DNA of 64,000 nucleotides from Heterodontus francisci (Eukaryota). Below are positions 61,901-64,000 of this stretch, piece after piece (position 1 is the first letter of the stretch; each line of letters starts with the position of its first letter). The notes under the pieces were generated by a model. The model searched no databases and was not told the origin of the DNA. It worked only from the letters and a program-made list of their open reading frames with translations. The stretch spans positions 81,812,024 through 81,876,023 of the forward strand of contig NC_090377.1 of NCBI RefSeq assembly GCF_036365525.1, read 5' to 3'. Made by a program: the position numbers and the translations under genes.

Positions 61901-63211
61901 CTGCTGATGGATGGCGAAACCAGCTGCACATCATACATGTTTTGTGCTGTGCTCCTTGGACTTGTGGAGACGTACCAGTCTGACCTGGGTGACGGTGAAG
62001 TTTTTCTTCAGGAAAAGAGCATCCATCATGGAAATGAACAAGTCATTGAGCACACTGACCGCTCCAGAAGTATCATAGTGAATTGCAAACCAAAGGCTAA
62101 GCAGTTTGGAGTTTGAAAATGCAGCTATGAGTGGGTTGGGAGAGTTTTTTTCCCCCAGGGCTGTACCCAAAGGTGAGGGATACAAAGAGATGGTCGTAGA
62201 GAATCTGGTCAGTGATCAAGACCATGGGAGTCAAAGCCATGGGATGTGGTGGTCAATGTTGGTTTAAAAGTTTTTATGGAGGAAGATGTTTATTGAGGTT
62301 TGGGTGGCTGTAAATTCAGAGAAAAGGCAAGGGGAGCAGAGATGGAGATTGAAATCGTTGAGGATAAGGACTCAGTGCAGAGTGCTAAACGAGGAGAGGA
62401 ATGAGGATACCTTGGGGAAAGACTGGATGGGGTTTGGCGTTTAAGTAGATAATGAGCATTTTTAAAGGAGAGGGGTGGAACAAGGAGAGAGACGCAAAAG
62501 GATAAGGGTACCTTAGGAATAGAGGAAGCGATCAAGGTGTGATAATGCCCACACTACTGTTTTGGGCAAAGCAGATGTTGAAAAGCATAGCTAAATGGGG
62601 AGGCTTTGGCAAGGGGCAAGGTATTGCCACCTGTGAACAAAAATCCTTAAAGCTAGGATGTCAATGCAATCATCCACAAATAATGACAGCAAGGGTTGTT
62701 CATGAGTGAACAAACATTATGGAGGGAAATGCAGAGAGGAGTTGAAGATTTCTTGGTTTACTGCAGGATTGAGTGATTGATGAACTCCTTTTATACTGTT
62801 GATTGTAATGTAATCTGTGGAAGGGATACATAGACTGTCTAATTTGCGTCCTGAAATGAATGGTAGAGTTAGAATGATAGAGATTAGGCACATTAATGTA
62901 TCATGTCACTGCTGCCATTGAATATATTTTGATGAGTATGAGTTATCCTTATTGTGTCTTGCTACATTTTGCTTGCTATTTGATTTTTTTAATATCCAGT
63001 AGTACTTTTATCCTTTTATCCATAGTTAACCCTCAACCTGAAGTGACCAGAGCCCCATGTAATCAGTGTAGGAAATATTGTGGCCGATGCTTTAAGGATT
63101 AAGTCTATGCTTGGCTTGGGAAGGGGCTGGGTGGGGGCAGTGGGTGTTGAACCAAGAAAATGTTAATGCACACTGTGCTCATGCTTGGTCTTTGTCTCTT
63201 TCTCTTACCCT

Positions 63212-64000
63212 GGAAGTATTGTGAATTATGAGGAAGATAGCGATAGACTTCAAGAGGACATCGATAAGCTCATGGAACGGGAGGGCATGTGGCAGATGAA
63301 ATTTAATGCAGAGAAGTGTGAAGTGATACATTTTGGTCGGAAGAATGAAGAGATGCAATACAATACAAAGGGTACAATTCTAAAGGTGATGTAGGAACAG
63401 AGAGACCTGTAGTATATGTACACAAATCATTGAAGGTGGCAGGCCAGGTTAAGAAAGTGGTTGAAAAGGCATCTGGGGTCCTGGGCTTGATATATAGTGG
63501 CAAAGCATACAAAGGAAGTTATCATGATCTTTTATAAAATACTGATTTGGCCTCAACTGGAGTAATTCTGTCCCATTCTGGGCACCGCATTTTCATAAGG
63601 ATCTGAACTCTTCAGAGCGGATGCTGAAAAGATTTGAGAATTATTTCAGGAATGAGGGACTTCAGTTACGAGGATAGGTTGGGCAAGCTAGGTGGCTGTT
63701 CCCCTTGGAGAAGAGAAAGTTGAGAGGAGATTTGATAGAGGTGCTCAAAATCATGAGAGGTATTGACTGTTTCCGTTGTTGGAAGAGTCGAGAACTAGAG
63801 GACACCGATTCTAAATGATTGGCAAAAAAACCAAAGGTGACATGAGGAAAAACTTCTTTTACGCAGCAGTTGGTTAGGATCTGAAATGTACTGCCTGAAA
63901 GGGTGGTGGAGGAAGATTCAGTCAAGGCTTTCAAAAGGGAATTGGATAAGCACCTGAAGGGAAAAAGTTTACAGGGCTATGGGGACAGGGCAAGAAAGTG
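63212..64000 (+). mobile_element. CR1 3' fragment
   Basis: LQEDIDKL...WQMKFNAEKCEVIHFG; LEKRKLRGDLIEV. Confidence 0.85.

Larger units (their letters stand above)
56960..62870 (-). mobile_element. L2 LINE split by a Harbinger transposon (L2 parts about 56960-57640 and 61330-62870)
   Basis: IPVLVDLH on the minus strand; L2 RT sequence resumes at about 61340 (ggataagcagtctgacaac); endonuclease-region similarity near 62400-62850. Confidence 0.65.

Noticed and set aside
1-64000. CRISPR arrays, retrons, operons or other prokaryotic systems
   Set aside because: No regularly spaced repeats or gene-dense organisation; every RT here belongs to a eukaryotic retrotransposon

Overview
Eukaryotic (vertebrate) DNA, very probably from a shark or other elasmobranch: it carries HE1-type V-SINEs with CR1 tails, SacSINE1-like DeuSINEs, and CR1 LINEs with an esterase ORF1. 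I could not support any host protein-coding exon, so the window looks like part of a long intron or intergenic DNA. Most of it is a deeply nested set of transposon relics: CR1, L2, a second apparently ORF1-less CR1-group LINE, RTE, Vingi, Penelope-like elements (PLEs), a GalEa-type Ty1/copia element, at least seven TG..CA solo LTRs, and hAT, pogo-like and PIF/Harbinger DNA transposons. The most interesting items are: (i) PLE terminal repeats carrying minimal hammerhead-ribozyme motifs, including a 142-bp ribozyme-headed mini-insertion with a perfect 12-bp TSD; (ii) an inverted-arm PLE with a 13-bp TSD; (iii) a GalEa-clade copia with a cognate solo LTR 19 kb away; (iv) an apparent CTRN target bias among the solo LTRs; (v) small inversions at insertion junctions. 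Family names come from recalled motifs, not database searches, and the boundaries of old elements are approximate.
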